Shown piece after piece: positions 30,434 to 41,314 of a stretch of 64,000 nt of DNA. This DNA comes from Wickerhamiella versatilis (taxonomy: Eukaryota): assembly GCA_030867685.1 (NCBI GenBank), contig JAQOWU010000008.1:4030001-4094000 (forward strand). Reading direction: 5' to 3'. The notes under the pieces were generated by a model. It had not been told where the DNA came from. It was given only the letters and a program-made list of their open reading frames with translations, and did no database searches. Within the stretch, counting starts at the first letter, position 1, and every line of letters starts with the position of its first letter. The translations under genes and the position numbers were made by a program.

Positions 30434-33184
30434 TTAATCTGTTGTCCACTTGAAAGTGGAGCGATAGTCTTGATAGATGTTTCGGAAATACGCCCGACTT
30501 GCCTCGTCCATAAAGACGGTGGTGGTGCGAAGATCATCACCAACTAGGATATTTAGGATCTCATAGTACGCTGGCTGTAAAGCTGTACGAACTTCTGGAG
30601 TGTAGCGACCTGCCAAAGAGTTTTGCAGGAGATTGACAAGTAGCACACCAACATATTTTGCAGCTTGGCGTTTAGCCCGACTAACCATGGATGATAACTG
30701 TCCCCTTTTACCTTTATATCGCGGATTGCAAAGGTTCTCCACAAGCCGAACATACTGCTTTGCCTGCTGAATATCATGTATTTCGTCTGCTACCTTACTG
30801 AACGCCTTCATAACGAGGTGCATTCGACCAGCACATCTGTGCCGTTGTGAATATAGTATTCGATTCATCAATGCACATCTGCCATCCCAATGGCCATATG
30901 TTATTGAGATCAATTCCAGGAGAGACTCTAAGCCAAATTGAGAGACAAGATTAGGTCTATCTCTCATCAAAAGGTTCGCCCACACACAAAAAGGATCGAA
31001 GTTTTCAGGTTTTACTTTTACTGCAGCGACGGACAAGAGAGATTGATCATCTTCAGGACAAAGTGCGACCAAGTGAGACAGCAAGCCGAAATGTTGCTCT
31101 TCAAGAGCTTCATACACTATATAATATAGTGGCTCTTTATCCAGACGTGCGGCGAAATTCTTGAAGGCGGATGCAAAGTTGTCATTATTATGCCAAACAA
31201 AAAGTGCAGTTACTTGCAAGAACAATTCTGGAGGCGCAGTTCTACACAAAATCTCAAATATTGCCGGAAACTGGCTCCATCCTTGGACTAATGGTGCAAC
31301 TTTTGTAAAGCTTATATTATCAGATGAAGCCCCCACAGTGAGAGCAGTAAGAGCAGCCTGCACATTGATATTGCGTGCCAGGAAGTCGCATGCTTCTTCG
31401 AAAATGCCACCAGTTGCAACTGCCTTCAAAACAATATCCAGGTCATTTCTGTTAGCCAGCTGTCGTCGGTAAGTTTCCGATCTACAAAGCAGCTGAGCTA
31501 CATTAGCAACAGACGTAGGGTCATCTTTGTTACATCTTGAGAGATCAACCAAATAGCTAGGGTCAGATTCCATTGCTGTTAGGTGAGGCGGATGCTCGAG
31601 CAGTGTAATAACACTACCTAAATCTGCATTATCCCAGGAACCTTGAAGCGCGCGTGCACGATGCTCTTTAGAAAGTGCTTGCCAGGGTATCTGAGCAACC
31701 ACATGATATAAATTTCGCTTAAGACACTCTGTGACCACCAATGACATCTCAGGTGTCTCTTGCACTTGGGGATTCTTTGCAACATTTTCGATAGAAGAAG
31801 CACGGGAAAGAAGGGTTGCCAGTGTTTCTGTGGTAGTAGTGACACACAGAACATCCCAAAAACGCAGCAAAAGTGGGCTTGTATCACCTTGAATCAGCTC
31901 AACATCAAGTTTCCAGGAGAAACTAACAAGTTCGCGAGCCCTAAGCAAGCAAATCTGGTGTTCCATAGGAGTAAAACGGTCATCAAATTCCACCCATTCA
32001 TAGGGATTGAATTCCATTTCAGGACATAATTCAAGTATTATACGCTTTGCACCAAATTTACCCGTTGATTTTATTATATTACCAAATTTCTGGCGAAGTG
32101 ATTCACCTACTTCTTCATAACCAAGGCATTTCAATAATTTTTCAACTCCAGCCTCCGTGGAACTTCGATTAAGCAGAGAAGCTAATTGAGTCTCAGATAA
32201 ACTCCTTAAGGCATTTGATACGGCTTTAAGGGCCACATGAGAATCCCCTATTTCACATCTCATCCAATGCAGAATGAAATCGAACATGACTCGAAGTTGT
32301 GTGGCTTGCTGCACAAATTCACAGAAGAAATCTTCATTATAATCAATGATCATCCAGTCAAAAACGTCTGTCATCATAGAAATTAATAACGGTGCATCCA
32401 GAACGAGAATCATCGATCGCGTTTTCCATCCGCATTGTTGGCTTTCTAGGAGGCTTTTGAGTGTGGAGCTTGAGAGTTTACAACCGTTCGAAACTAATAT
32501 AGAAAGCATTGTATCTAGTTCTTCAGGAAACGCCTTAAGCAACTCAAGAAATCGCGCCTCTATGGCCTGGTCAGCCTTAATTACTGAATTCAAGACAGTG
32601 GGGGCCTGCTCTTGCGATAGTCCACTGAGGTTTAGGACTGCATTTGGTGCCTTCAAATATTCAACTAAATAGTGCTCACTTCGTAAGAGTACCATCGCAC
32701 TCACTTCCACGTTGTTAAAAATGCGGTCCTGATCTTGCGTTGCAGTTTCAATGAACTTATCCAGAACTTTGGGTGCACCAGCTTCGAGCCAGGAAAGAAC
32801 CAGCTTTCCAGCCTGATGTGAGCTAGAGACCCAAAGCTGAGTTGTAGCCTGAATGGTCTCAATTGCATTGGATATAGACTCGACGGGGCCATTTGGTATA
32901 GTTTCTATTATAATGTCCAATAACTTCTGGCTTCGAAGTGAGAACATAGCAGTGTCAAAGGATGTTGACTTCCAAAGACAACTTAATAGGTCCCAAAGAT
33001 TGGGGCATGAACGGCTAGACTTGTCGATGGAGAGCATGTCCAGAGCCCATTCCAGCAAAACTTTCTTCGGATGCGGCAAGTAGACATCTATCTTTTCATG
33101 TAATACCTGCTCGGCAAGGGATACACGTTCTGTTATTGGAGTATTCCTATTTCTCAGAGCCCGCGTAAGTTCAGCCGCCAGCAT
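30434..33184 (-). CDS. URB2: Nucleolar pre-ribosomal protein Urb2/Npa2
   Basis: Helical protein with N-terminal ELTRALR..YLPHPKKVLLEW and an Urb2-type C-terminus (RAYFRNIYQDYRSTFKW). Confidence 0.75.
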   Translation of the reverse strand: MLAAELTRALRNRNTPITERVSLAEQVLHEKIDVYLPHPKKVLLEWALDMLSIDKSSRSCPNLWDLLSCLWKSTSFDTAMFSLRSQKLLDIIIETIPNGPVESISNAIETIQATTQLWVSSSHQAGKLVLSWLEAGAPKVLDKFIETATQDQDRIFNNVEVSAMVLLRSEHYLVEYLKAPNAVLNLSGLSQEQAPTVLNSVIKADQAIEARFLELLKAFPEELDTMLSILVSNGCKLSSSTLKSLLESQQCGWKTRSMILVLDAPLLISMMTDVFDWMIIDYNEDFFCEFVQQATQLRVMFDFILHWMRCEIGDSHVALKAVSNALRSLSETQLASLLNRSSTEAGVEKLLKCLGYEEVGESLRQKFGNIIKSTGKFGAKRIILELCPEMEFNPYEWVEFDDRFTPMEHQICLLRARELVSFSWKLDVELIQGDTSPLLLRFWDVLCVTTTTETLATLLSRASSIENVAKNPQVQETPEMSLVVTECLKRNLYHVVAQIPWQALSKEHRARALQGSWDNADLGSVITLLEHPPHLTAMESDPSYLVDLSRCNKDDPTSVANVAQLLCRSETYRRQLANRNDLDIVLKAVATGGIFEEACDFLARNINVQAALTALTVGASSDNISFTKVAPLVQGWSQFPAIFEILCRTAPPELFLQVTALFVWHNNDNFASAFKNFAARLDKEPLYYIVYEALEEQHFGLLSHLVALCPEDDQSLLSVAAVKVKPENFDPFCVWANLLMRDRPNLVSQFGLESLLELISITYGHWDGRCALMNRILYSQRHRCAGRMHLVMKAFSKVADEIHDIQQAKQYVRLVENLCNPRYKGKRGQLSSMVSRAKRQAAKYVGVLLVNLLQNSLAGRYTPEVRTALQPAYYEILNILVGDDLRTTTVFMDEASRAYFRNIYQDYRSTFKWTTD

Positions 33185-33379
33185 GCCTCTGACGTTTTAT
33201 GTAATATTTTTTTTTATCTTCTAGATTTCTTGGTGAGAATAGAAAAAGTGAATTTCAAATGGTTCAAGAAACGTACAACGTGTTGTGATTTTTTAGTCTC
33301 GACGGAAACATCATATATAGTAGATCGTTTGTAAAATGTATACTTTTTTCAATCAAGCAAAATATTACATAAGCGTAAT

Positions 33380-34954
33380 ATGGCAGAGAACCAAGGAAAA
33401 TCTTCTGAGGAGCTCGAATTAGAGCGGCTAGTGTTCGGGGACACATCCACTTTCTTTAAAGCATTGGAACTGGATTCAGGAAGTGAGAGTGAGGATGTAT
33501 CTGATGGCGAGGTGCCTATGGCAGAAGACGAGGACATGTTTTTTGTCGACGAAAAAGGCGAAGGCTCTTCAGAACTTGATTCAGACTCTGGGTCCTCAGA
33601 TGAAAATTCAGAATCCTCTGACACAGACCATCCTGTTTGGGTCGATAGTGATGATGCTGATGTTGAAGTTTCACTTGTGAGCGCGAATAGATTGCGAAAA
33701 CTTAGACGATTTGAGTCAGAAACAAAAGTTAGTGGACAGGCATACGAGAAAAGACTTAGAAGGCATTTTGAAAAACTGAATCCACGACCAAAATGGGCTA
33801 GCAGGACACCACTTGAGCCAACAAATGGTAGCGATGATAATGACGACAGCGATTCTGCTGTCGTGGATAATAACGATGTCACTGCTGCAAACCCTCTGAA
33901 GGATATTCTTAGCTCGCAAGTTAATTATACATCTCAAGGACCCAGAAAACTACTTCCTCCGACAACAATCAATATTGGACGGCTCGCGGATGTCAATCGA
34001 CAGTTGCCCTCCAAATCTGCAGTTCAGTCGCTTCAATTTCATCCAACCCATCCATTGGTTCTTAGTGGTGGGTATGACCGTACTCTCCGAATTTTCCATG
34101 TTGATGGAAAGGTGAATCCATTAGCAACATCCTTATTCGTTCGTGAAAGCCCTTTCCAAACTGCACTCTTCCATCCAGATGGGAAGAGAGTTTTTGCTGG
34201 CGGTAGGCGCCGCTATTTGTATATATGGGACCTTGAATATGGACAGGTTGATAAAATTACCCGTATGTATGGCCATGAGGACCGTCAACGCAGCATGGAA
34301 AAGTTTCTAATAAGCCCAGATGGCTCCTTAATTTCCCTTGTCGGTGGAGGTGGATGGGTCAACTTTCTGAGTGCTGCTAATGGCCAATGGGTTTCTGCCA
34401 TGAAGCTTGATGATGGTGAGGTAGCTGACATCTCGTGGCGGGGTGGCAGCAGTCCTTCATTGTCAGTTATAAGTACTGCTGGAGATATGTACGAGTGGGA
34501 TTCTCGTGAGCGCCGAATCGTGAGACGATGGAGAGACCAAGGCCTGGGTGGTGGAGTCACTTCATTGGCCCAGACAGACAGGTGGATGGCTGTAGGACAG
34601 AGCAGTGGTATTGTCAATATATACGACAGAAATAGCCCGAAAAATTCAATGAAACTGTCTGACTTAGAACCAGAGGCCCTTGAGCCCAACTTCGTGGTTG
34701 ATAATCTGGTGACATCGATATCAAGCCTTAGGTTTTCACCAGATGGCCAAACCTTAGCTGTCGCCTCTAGAGCCAAAAGAGATGCATTCCGGCTGGTCCA
34801 TGTACCATCGTTTACTGTTTTCAAGAACTGGCCTACATCAAGTACCCCACTTGGGAAAGTGACTACGGCTGCTTATAGTCCTGGCTGCTCAATGCTTGCC
34901 ACTGGCAATGAAGGTGGTCATGTCAGGCTCTGGTCACTAAATTATTATGCTTAA
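33380..34954 (+). CDS. UTP18: U3 snoRNP WD40 protein Utp18
   Basis: ELERLVFGD, NRLRKLR, YEKRLRRHFEKLNPRPKWA, WD repeats, FKNWPTSSTPLGKV. Confidence 0.95.
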   Translation: MAENQGKSSEELELERLVFGDTSTFFKALELDSGSESEDVSDGEVPMAEDEDMFFVDEKGEGSSELDSDSGSSDENSESSDTDHPVWVDSDDADVEVSLVSANRLRKLRRFESETKVSGQAYEKRLRRHFEKLNPRPKWASRTPLEPTNGSDDNDDSDSAVVDNNDVTAANPLKDILSSQVNYTSQGPRKLLPPTTINIGRLADVNRQLPSKSAVQSLQFHPTHPLVLSGGYDRTLRIFHVDGKVNPLATSLFVRESPFQTALFHPDGKRVFAGGRRRYLYIWDLEYGQVDKITRMYGHEDRQRSMEKFLISPDGSLISLVGGGGWVNFLSAANGQWVSAMKLDDGEVADISWRGGSSPSLSVISTAGDMYEWDSRERRIVRRWRDQGLGGGVTSLAQTDRWMAVGQSSGIVNIYDRNSPKNSMKLSDLEPEALEPNFVVDNLVTSISSLRFSPDGQTLAVASRAKRDAFRLVHVPSFTVFKNWPTSSTPLGKVTTAAYSPGCSMLATGNEGGHVRLWSLNYYA

Positions 34955-35431
34955 TCCATGTGCTAACAGGATGATAAAAATGAGTGGTTACTCACCAACA
35001 CAACGTTCTCTCGAAGTGAGAAGAAAAAGGGGCTGTATTGTAGCAATTAATTTCAGTCACTGAGAGACACGAATTAATGCTTTTATAGGGATAAGCTATA
35101 TAAAGCTTGCATGTAATTGTAAATGATTATATTCTATCCTCGTTGTCGATCTATAGCCAGATCACATGAAAGGGATAGTGGGTTATTTCCGGTCTTAGCT
35201 ATTCTTAAAGTGCAATTGACTTAATTTGATTTCATGATATCAGCTTTTACAAAAGTGGGAGACTTTACAGTAAATCTGCTGGTTCTGGATATAGATACTT
35301 GATAGTTACTTGCTTGGGTCACGATCTATACCTGTAAAGGAAATTTACCATTTCTGTAGCAGCTCATTTTGGAAAATACTAATTTAAACAAATTATGGCT
35401 ATCTTCATCACAACTAGAGGCTTCAAGAGTT

Positions 35432-37465
35432 ATGCGCGGACTAATTTGGCTGGTGAGCTTAATATGCGTAGCGGCTCAACTAGTACCTGACCAGTATGGA
35501 TGGTCATGCTACAAAATAGCAGATTCACGAAAATGGCCCCACTGCGAATCTACAAAAGGAAATTCTCGTAAAGCATGTCTATGTGGGCAGAGTGAGTTCA
35601 TTAAATTCACTCAGAACTGTCTTGTCACCGCACTGGCTAACGTGACCGATGTTGATAAAGCAATGGTTAAGGCTCAAAAAAGCCTCTGTCCTGGTACTTT
35701 GGATGCATTCTTAATCTCAGAGAGTAATAATACTGATGCAAGTAAAAAAGACCACAAAAAAGTTTCTCTGGAATGGATCGAAGCTCAACGAGTCTATTCG
35801 CCGCCATCAGGATATGAAGAAATTAAACCGGTGGGTGATGAGGAATTGCAAAACGCACTTCTCAGCGCTGGCTGGCGCATTCATAATGATGTTACATCAG
35901 AAATATATGGTGTTGCAATATTGATATATTGGTTCGGCGCGATGTTCGTCATTATAGTGGTCCACGTAGGACAACTTATAATTACTCGACCTCTACAGAG
36001 GCTAGCACAGTGGAAACCATGCCGCATTATTCGTGCGTATATCCTGTATCCTCCCCTTTTCTCCCAGAAACACAGTCAATTGGTGAAGAAAAGCTGGTTT
36101 GTATTCTCTCTTCCCACTCGAGCAACCACAATATTAATAGCCATGTTTGCCGCGCTTAATTGGTCATTACTTTTTACTGGTTTCGAATATGAGCCCAAAA
36201 ATATTCTTTTCAAAACATATACGCAGCAGCTAAACAAGTTCATCTCAATTCGCTCCGCATATTTGGTAGTGTACAAACTGCCTCTAATTATTTTATTCGC
36301 TGGTCGCAACAACCTGTTGCTGAATATAGTACCATGGTCACTGGATAATTTTAACAATCTACACAAGTGGATTGGGCGAATGACTTTCTTCGACTTGTGT
36401 GTTCATGCGGTTTCAATATCACTCGTGAAGGTAGAGCAGGGCTCATATGGGTGGTATTGGAGTGTCTGGTACTGGCGCTGGGGCGTGGCTGGGATAACTA
36501 TAGTCGGACTTCTAGTATTCCACTCAATGCGGCTACTAGTTCGACATCACTACGACTTTTTCGTGGCTTGCCATATTGCACTAACTGTCGCATTTCTAAT
36601 TGCGGCATACTACCATGTTCTTGTTCTACCGCTTGGTCGTAAGCAAATAATTGCTGCTTGTGCTATATGGGGATTTGAACATGTAGCCCGCCTGACAAGA
36701 ATAATCTTGGCTGGGTGTACGGTGGAGGCACGCATCACACATTACGAACAAATTTCGATTGTCGAAGCGAAAAACCCCAAGTTATGGGGAGAATATTATG
36801 CAGGCTCTGGTGGGAACTACAGCTTTGTGCATTTTCCCTTTGCCTTGTCGTGGTGGCAGAGCCATCCATTTACCATAGTAAAGGAGGAAGAGAAGCTAGT
36901 GATGTGCATACTTCATAAGGACGGCATGACGAAGAAGCTTCTCCAGATTCCCGAAGGACCGCTGAATATTGCTATAGATGGCCCCTATGGCTCGAGAAAT
37001 CCTCTGTTCCTTTTCCCCCAGGTGGTATTTATAGCTGGTGGAGTTGGAATAACCTCAATTCTCAGCTATCTCAGAGAGCTTCAGTTTAATTGCAGCATGG
37101 AGGATAATACAGAAAAGCCCCAACAACGGCTGATTGTCCATTGGGCAGTCTCAGATCCCGCAAAAATCGAATGGGCGGCAAGAAGGCTGGCAGTTCTGAA
37201 GGATGTCGCCGAAATTAACATTTACATGAGCGATGCTAAAGCCATTACACTACCAGATGCCCCTTATAAAGGTATTGATCACCATGGGCGCTTGTCCTGC
37301 GCGGAGGCAATTGCTGAGGCCTGCAAAGAACCTGACAATAAAGCCACTGCTATTTTCACTTGTGGACCCGGAACATTGAATGATGATGCCAGGAAGGCCA
37401 CTTGTAAAGCAATATTGAAGGAACCGAGATATATAACCTACTTCGAGGAGTCCTTTAGTTGGTAG
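35432..37465 (+). CDS. Ferric/cupric reductase (FRE family)
   Basis: Signal peptide at the ATG at 35432, Cys-rich ectodomain, LFAGRNN, HKWIGR, QSHPFT (FAD), IDGPYG, AGGVGIT, CGP, EESFSW. Confidence 0.92.
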   Translation: MRGLIWLVSLICVAAQLVPDQYGWSCYKIADSRKWPHCESTKGNSRKACLCGQSEFIKFTQNCLVTALANVTDVDKAMVKAQKSLCPGTLDAFLISESNNTDASKKDHKKVSLEWIEAQRVYSPPSGYEEIKPVGDEELQNALLSAGWRIHNDVTSEIYGVAILIYWFGAMFVIIVVHVGQLIITRPLQRLAQWKPCRIIRAYILYPPLFSQKHSQLVKKSWFVFSLPTRATTILIAMFAALNWSLLFTGFEYEPKNILFKTYTQQLNKFISIRSAYLVVYKLPLIILFAGRNNLLLNIVPWSLDNFNNLHKWIGRMTFFDLCVHAVSISLVKVEQGSYGWYWSVWYWRWGVAGITIVGLLVFHSMRLLVRHHYDFFVACHIALTVAFLIAAYYHVLVLPLGRKQIIAACAIWGFEHVARLTRIILAGCTVEARITHYEQISIVEAKNPKLWGEYYAGSGGNYSFVHFPFALSWWQSHPFTIVKEEEKLVMCILHKDGMTKKLLQIPEGPLNIAIDGPYGSRNPLFLFPQVVFIAGGVGITSILSYLRELQFNCSMEDNTEKPQQRLIVHWAVSDPAKIEWAARRLAVLKDVAEINIYMSDAKAITLPDAPYKGIDHHGRLSCAEAIAEACKEPDNKATAIFTCGPGTLNDDARKATCKAILKEPRYITYFEESFSW

Positions 37466-37523
37466 TAAGACTAGCTTAGGGTTAGGTAAAAGAAATTGTT
37501 TCTGCATCCTAGAAGTTTGAAGG

Positions 37524-38714
37524 ATGAGTGACACGCTGAAGGAACGGCTTAATAGCCATTCAAATGCCTTCCAGGGGTTGCTTTCTCTTATTCCTGCGAA
37601 ATACTACTATGACGAGGATTCCAAAAGTCAATGGAAGAGAGAGAAATCCAAAAGAAGTCGAGCGATGAAATTTGACCCTGAGATAGGAGCCAGTGCTCTT
37701 GATGAGGCACGGCGGAGGGAAATCACAGAGGATGGTCAAGATTCGTCAAGTGAACAAGATGTCATATATGATGATAACGGCAATGAGATTAAAATGAACG
37801 AAGGGAATGCAGAACATGACGACGAGAAAAAAATTGAAGAGGAGGATGCAATACCTGCTAATATTCCAGAGAAGCCAGAGAGGAAAGTAAATTCTTCGGC
37901 GAAAAAATCAGCAGAGCCAAAAGATTCCAGCGGTGTGGAACCAGTCAACGTGCCATCTGAAGATAAGATGTCTGAGCCGCAACACCAGGAAAATTCAAAA
38001 TCCAGTGAAAAGAAAAATCCTAATGGAATTCAGGAGCTCAGAAAGAAACTACAAGACCGTGTAAATGAATTAAGGGCAAGAAGAAAAGCTCCAGGATCAA
38101 GAGCAGAGGGTGCCCCGCGTAGCCGTGACGAGCTAATTGAGGCTAGAAAGCAACGGGAAGAAATCAGACTTAAGCGGAAGCGAGATGAGAATCCTGATAC
38201 ACCTGCAACAAAAACAGAAGAGAATGATGCGACAAGCGAAGAACAGCCTCCAGTCGTCGATTCCCCAGAAAAGCATGAGAACTTAATGTTTGGCAAGGTG
38301 AAATTTGGTGAAAAAATGTTGGATGAACAGAAAAAACCTAAAAAACGACAAGCAGCTGATCAACTCCGCGTGATAGAGCAGCGCAATGCTAAGATAGCCC
38401 AATTGGACAGCAAAAAACAAGAGGAAATTGCCGAGAATGCTCAATGGTCAAGTGCTATTTTAAAATCTACGGGCGCTAAATTGAAAGATAATGAAAAGCT
38501 TTTGAAGAAGACTGTCAAGTCTCAGCAGAAGAAGAAGCAGCGTTCTGAAAGAGAGTGGAAGGCCCGGCTAGCAACGGTCGCTCACAACAAGGCGGCTAGA
38601 GAAGCACAGCGTAATGCAAACTTGGAAGCTCGCAAGGAACAAAAAGGTATGAAGGTCAAATCAAAACCGAAAAAGCGAGCCGGATTTGAAGGTAAATCTC
38701 GTAAAAAGCATTAA
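37524..38714 (+). CDS. RRP14: Rrp14 / SURF6 ribosome biogenesis protein
   Basis: LKERLNSHSNAFQGLLSLIPAKYY, KDNEKLLKK, SEREWKAR, KRAGFEG. Confidence 0.93.
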   Translation: MSDTLKERLNSHSNAFQGLLSLIPAKYYYDEDSKSQWKREKSKRSRAMKFDPEIGASALDEARRREITEDGQDSSSEQDVIYDDNGNEIKMNEGNAEHDDEKKIEEEDAIPANIPEKPERKVNSSAKKSAEPKDSSGVEPVNVPSEDKMSEPQHQENSKSSEKKNPNGIQELRKKLQDRVNELRARRKAPGSRAEGAPRSRDELIEARKQREEIRLKRKRDENPDTPATKTEENDATSEEQPPVVDSPEKHENLMFGKVKFGEKMLDEQKKPKKRQAADQLRVIEQRNAKIAQLDSKKQEEIAENAQWSSAILKSTGAKLKDNEKLLKKTVKSQQKKKQRSEREWKARLATVAHNKAAREAQRNANLEARKEQKGMKVKSKPKKRAGFEGKSRKKH

Positions 38715-38754
38715 GGATATTTAGAATCTTAACTTCAGTAAACATCTGTACCTG

Positions 38755-39678
38755 ATGACGAAATCATTGCTTGATCTGGTAGCCTCGGTTGACAGTTCTC
38801 CTTATGAGACTGACCGACGGATCTGGTATCTTGAGTCCCACGACGGCTTTTTGCTCGGTAAGGTTCCACCATATGTAGTCGAGAGGCTACCTGATGACCT
38901 ACCGATGATCCGAAAAGATGAACAGAGGAAAATGCTAACAGTATGCCAATTAGGAGGTGTGAGTGAACGGTCTGAAGCATTTGCAAAACTTTGTCAATAT
39001 TTCCGGTCTCAAAAGATATTTGTGTGCTGTGAAGGATGGAGAAATGAACTCTACGGCGTTTACACCCAGGGACACCAATTATATTTCACTATTGAGCGGT
39101 CTTGTGCTTGCCTTTTTGGCTTGACGACTTATGGAGTGCACATAACTGGATATGTGCCTGCAAACCGACCCGAAGACTATAAGATATGGGTCCCCCGACG
39201 ATCGTACACCAAACCCACTTGGCCAGGTATGTTGGACAATACAGTGGCAGGCGGTCTTGGCTACCCCGCAGGAATGTGGGATACTGCAATTAAAGAATGT
39301 GGTGAGGAAGCAGGATTGAGTAGCGATTACGTGCAGAATCATCTAAGGCAAGCAGGTGTTGTTACTTATGAATTTCAAAAGATAAATGACGTTTATTCGG
39401 AAGACAGCGTGTTTCAACCTGAAGTGGAATGTGTTTATGATCTTGTGATGAGTCCGGGTGTAGTTCCCAAACCAACAGATGGTGAGGTTCATAGCTTTGA
39501 ATTACTGAGCGTCCCTGAAGTTCGCGAGCTACTTGGTAAGGGTGAATTCAAATACAATTGCGCTTTAATTCTTATTGACTTTCTGATACGGCATGGAATT
39601 GTAAACTACGAGAATGAGCCTGACTACTTGCAAATTGTTTGCCGTAGCCACAGAAAGCTTGAATATCCTTTACTCTAG
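38755..39678 (+). CDS. Nudix hydrolase, YJR142W/Tnr3-like
   Basis: GWRNELY, FGLTTYGVH, WVPRRSYTKPTWPGMLDNTVAGG, KECGEEAG, FKYNCAL. Confidence 0.85.
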   Translation: MTKSLLDLVASVDSSPYETDRRIWYLESHDGFLLGKVPPYVVERLPDDLPMIRKDEQRKMLTVCQLGGVSERSEAFAKLCQYFRSQKIFVCCEGWRNELYGVYTQGHQLYFTIERSCACLFGLTTYGVHITGYVPANRPEDYKIWVPRRSYTKPTWPGMLDNTVAGGLGYPAGMWDTAIKECGEEAGLSSDYVQNHLRQAGVVTYEFQKINDVYSEDSVFQPEVECVYDLVMSPGVVPKPTDGEVHSFELLSVPEVRELLGKGEFKYNCALILIDFLIRHGIVNYENEPDYLQIVCRSHRKLEYPLL

Positions 39679-39714
39679 AAAAAAAGAAGCGGCCGAATTG
39701 AGATTAATGTAAGT

Positions 39715-40782
39715 TTATATAGTTTTCAATTTTTCCGATGCTAGCATGGGGTCAGAATCTACAAGATGAATTATTAACTCTTTTGGGGCAGACCTCAAGG
39801 TCCATTTCAACCTAACCAAGTTTGTTGACTCTTCTATTCCGAGAACGTACAGACGATCGAGATCAGGCAAATTTATACCTGCCAAGTCTTCCGACTTGAC
39901 TGCCAATGCACTTTCTCCATTAACTTCGTAAAACTTACTGATACTGGCATCATTGGGTAGCACTACGATCCCAGCTCCATTCCAACATTGTTGCAATGCT
40001 CGTGCGTAGCTTTTCTCTCTTTTGTAGTCTGCAGCTATGCTTGACTCCTTGCTCAATTGTCCTTCACTTGTCCAAACAGCAACTTTAACATCATCTGATG
40101 GTGGTTCATGCTGTCTAACATCATATATATCTTGCCAGTTCTCTAAAAAGTTAGGTAGAGATTCGAAGGAGAGCGGACGGCCAGGGCTGTAGAGAAGCAG
40201 AAGAGAAGGACGCTGTGTCCTCAAAAGATGTTCAGTTAAAATTTCAAGGGTGGTTTTCCCTGTTTTAATGGGATAAGCATCAAGTTCGTCCACCACAACC
40301 TGACTTAAGTTTGACAGTCTTGTTCCTATATCCGTGTAGCACAAATAGTCCAAAAGACGTGAAGGAGTGGCTACTAAAGTATGTGGAAATGGATTTTGAG
40401 TCAGACTGGTATGTTGAGCTTCATCACCATCAACAGATCCGGTGCGATAAAGGCTTTTCACAGATCCTGGCACTAGTTGGTTCATTGACTGGACATATTG
40501 ATCTGCCAGGCCTTGCCTAGGTACCACGACAAGGTTAGTAATTTTATTTGCGGCTACTTGTGGCCTTTCCATCATGCTAAGTATAGCCGCGGTACTTTTG
40601 CCAAGACCTGGTACTGATTGTGCAATACAAGAGAGATTAGAACTAGCAAGAGATAAAATCTTTCTTTGAATACCCAAAGGCTCTTTAAATGATGCAGGTA
40701 GTTTTGACAAAATATTTCGACTAATTTGAAGGTCACCAAAGGATGTCACATTGCGAGGATCAACCCGAGGTGCACGCCGCAT
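39715..40782 (-). CDS. Degenerate DEAD-box helicase-like protein
   Basis: Q-motif region, SVPGLGKS (I), VVVPRQGLADQ (Ia), ATPSRLLD (Ib), DELD (II). The second RecA domain is eroded. Confidence 0.65.
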   Translation of the reverse strand: MRRAPRVDPRNVTSFGDLQISRNILSKLPASFKEPLGIQRKILSLASSNLSCIAQSVPGLGKSTAAILSMMERPQVAANKITNLVVVPRQGLADQYVQSMNQLVPGSVKSLYRTGSVDGDEAQHTSLTQNPFPHTLVATPSRLLDYLCYTDIGTRLSNLSQVVVDELDAYPIKTGKTTLEILTEHLLRTQRPSLLLLYSPGRPLSFESLPNFLENWQDIYDVRQHEPPSDDVKVAVWTSEGQLSKESSIAADYKREKSYARALQQCWNGAGIVVLPNDASISKFYEVNGESALAVKSEDLAGINLPDLDRLYVLGIEESTNLVRLKWTLRSAPKELIIHLVDSDPMLASEKLKTI

Positions 40783-40813
40783 TCATACTTAGCTTACTTA
40801 ATTATTTTACACA

Positions 40814-41314
40814 ATGGATGTTGTGACGGCGTCAAGAGAAGATCTTTTTGGAACGTCTACACAACGTGATGATGATGATGAGGGATCTTACAATGATATA
40901 CCAGATTTTAAGTTTGAGACTGTGGATGTTGAGCCGAGCTCTGCCGTAGCACAGGAAAAGAGTCCTTCGCCTGAAATTCCTACGTTCCAATTATTTGCTG
41001 GAATGGATCTTCGACCAATTAATATCGAGGATGATGATAGAGAGCATCCCATCAATCAAGAAAAATCAATTGAATATTATATTTATAACTCGACACCTGA
41101 AAGCAAATCTCGTGCGCAACAGGTGGCTGTGTCTGGTGATGATTTATTATTTCAGGCCCAAAAGTATTTAAAAGAAGCCAGGCCAGTAGGTGAAGATATT
41201 AATGCCCATTGGAGGCCGTCAAAAAAACCTTGTCGGCCTGGTTCATCTGTTCGTAGGGCAAGGCGTCTGAAACGCAGACGATCTGGACCACCGCCCAAGA
41301 GAAGGAATTGGTAG
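40814..41314 (+). CDS. Small fungal protein, acidic N-terminus and basic C-terminus (possibly DUF2011-like)
   Basis: SREDLF, FQLFAG, EYY, VAVSGDD, RPG..RR. The family call is tentative. Confidence 0.6.
   Translation: MDVVTASREDLFGTSTQRDDDDEGSYNDIPDFKFETVDVEPSSAVAQEKSPSPEIPTFQLFAGMDLRPINIEDDDREHPINQEKSIEYYIYNSTPESKSRAQQVAVSGDDLLFQAQKYLKEARPVGEDINAHWRPSKKPCRPGSSVRRARRLKRRRSGPPPKRRNW

Noticed and set aside
38755-39678. Tnr3/YJR142W-like Nudix as part of the thiamine cluster
   Set aside because: The family is linked to damaged-ThDP removal, but this is a native-type gene about 14 kb away with unrelated genes between.
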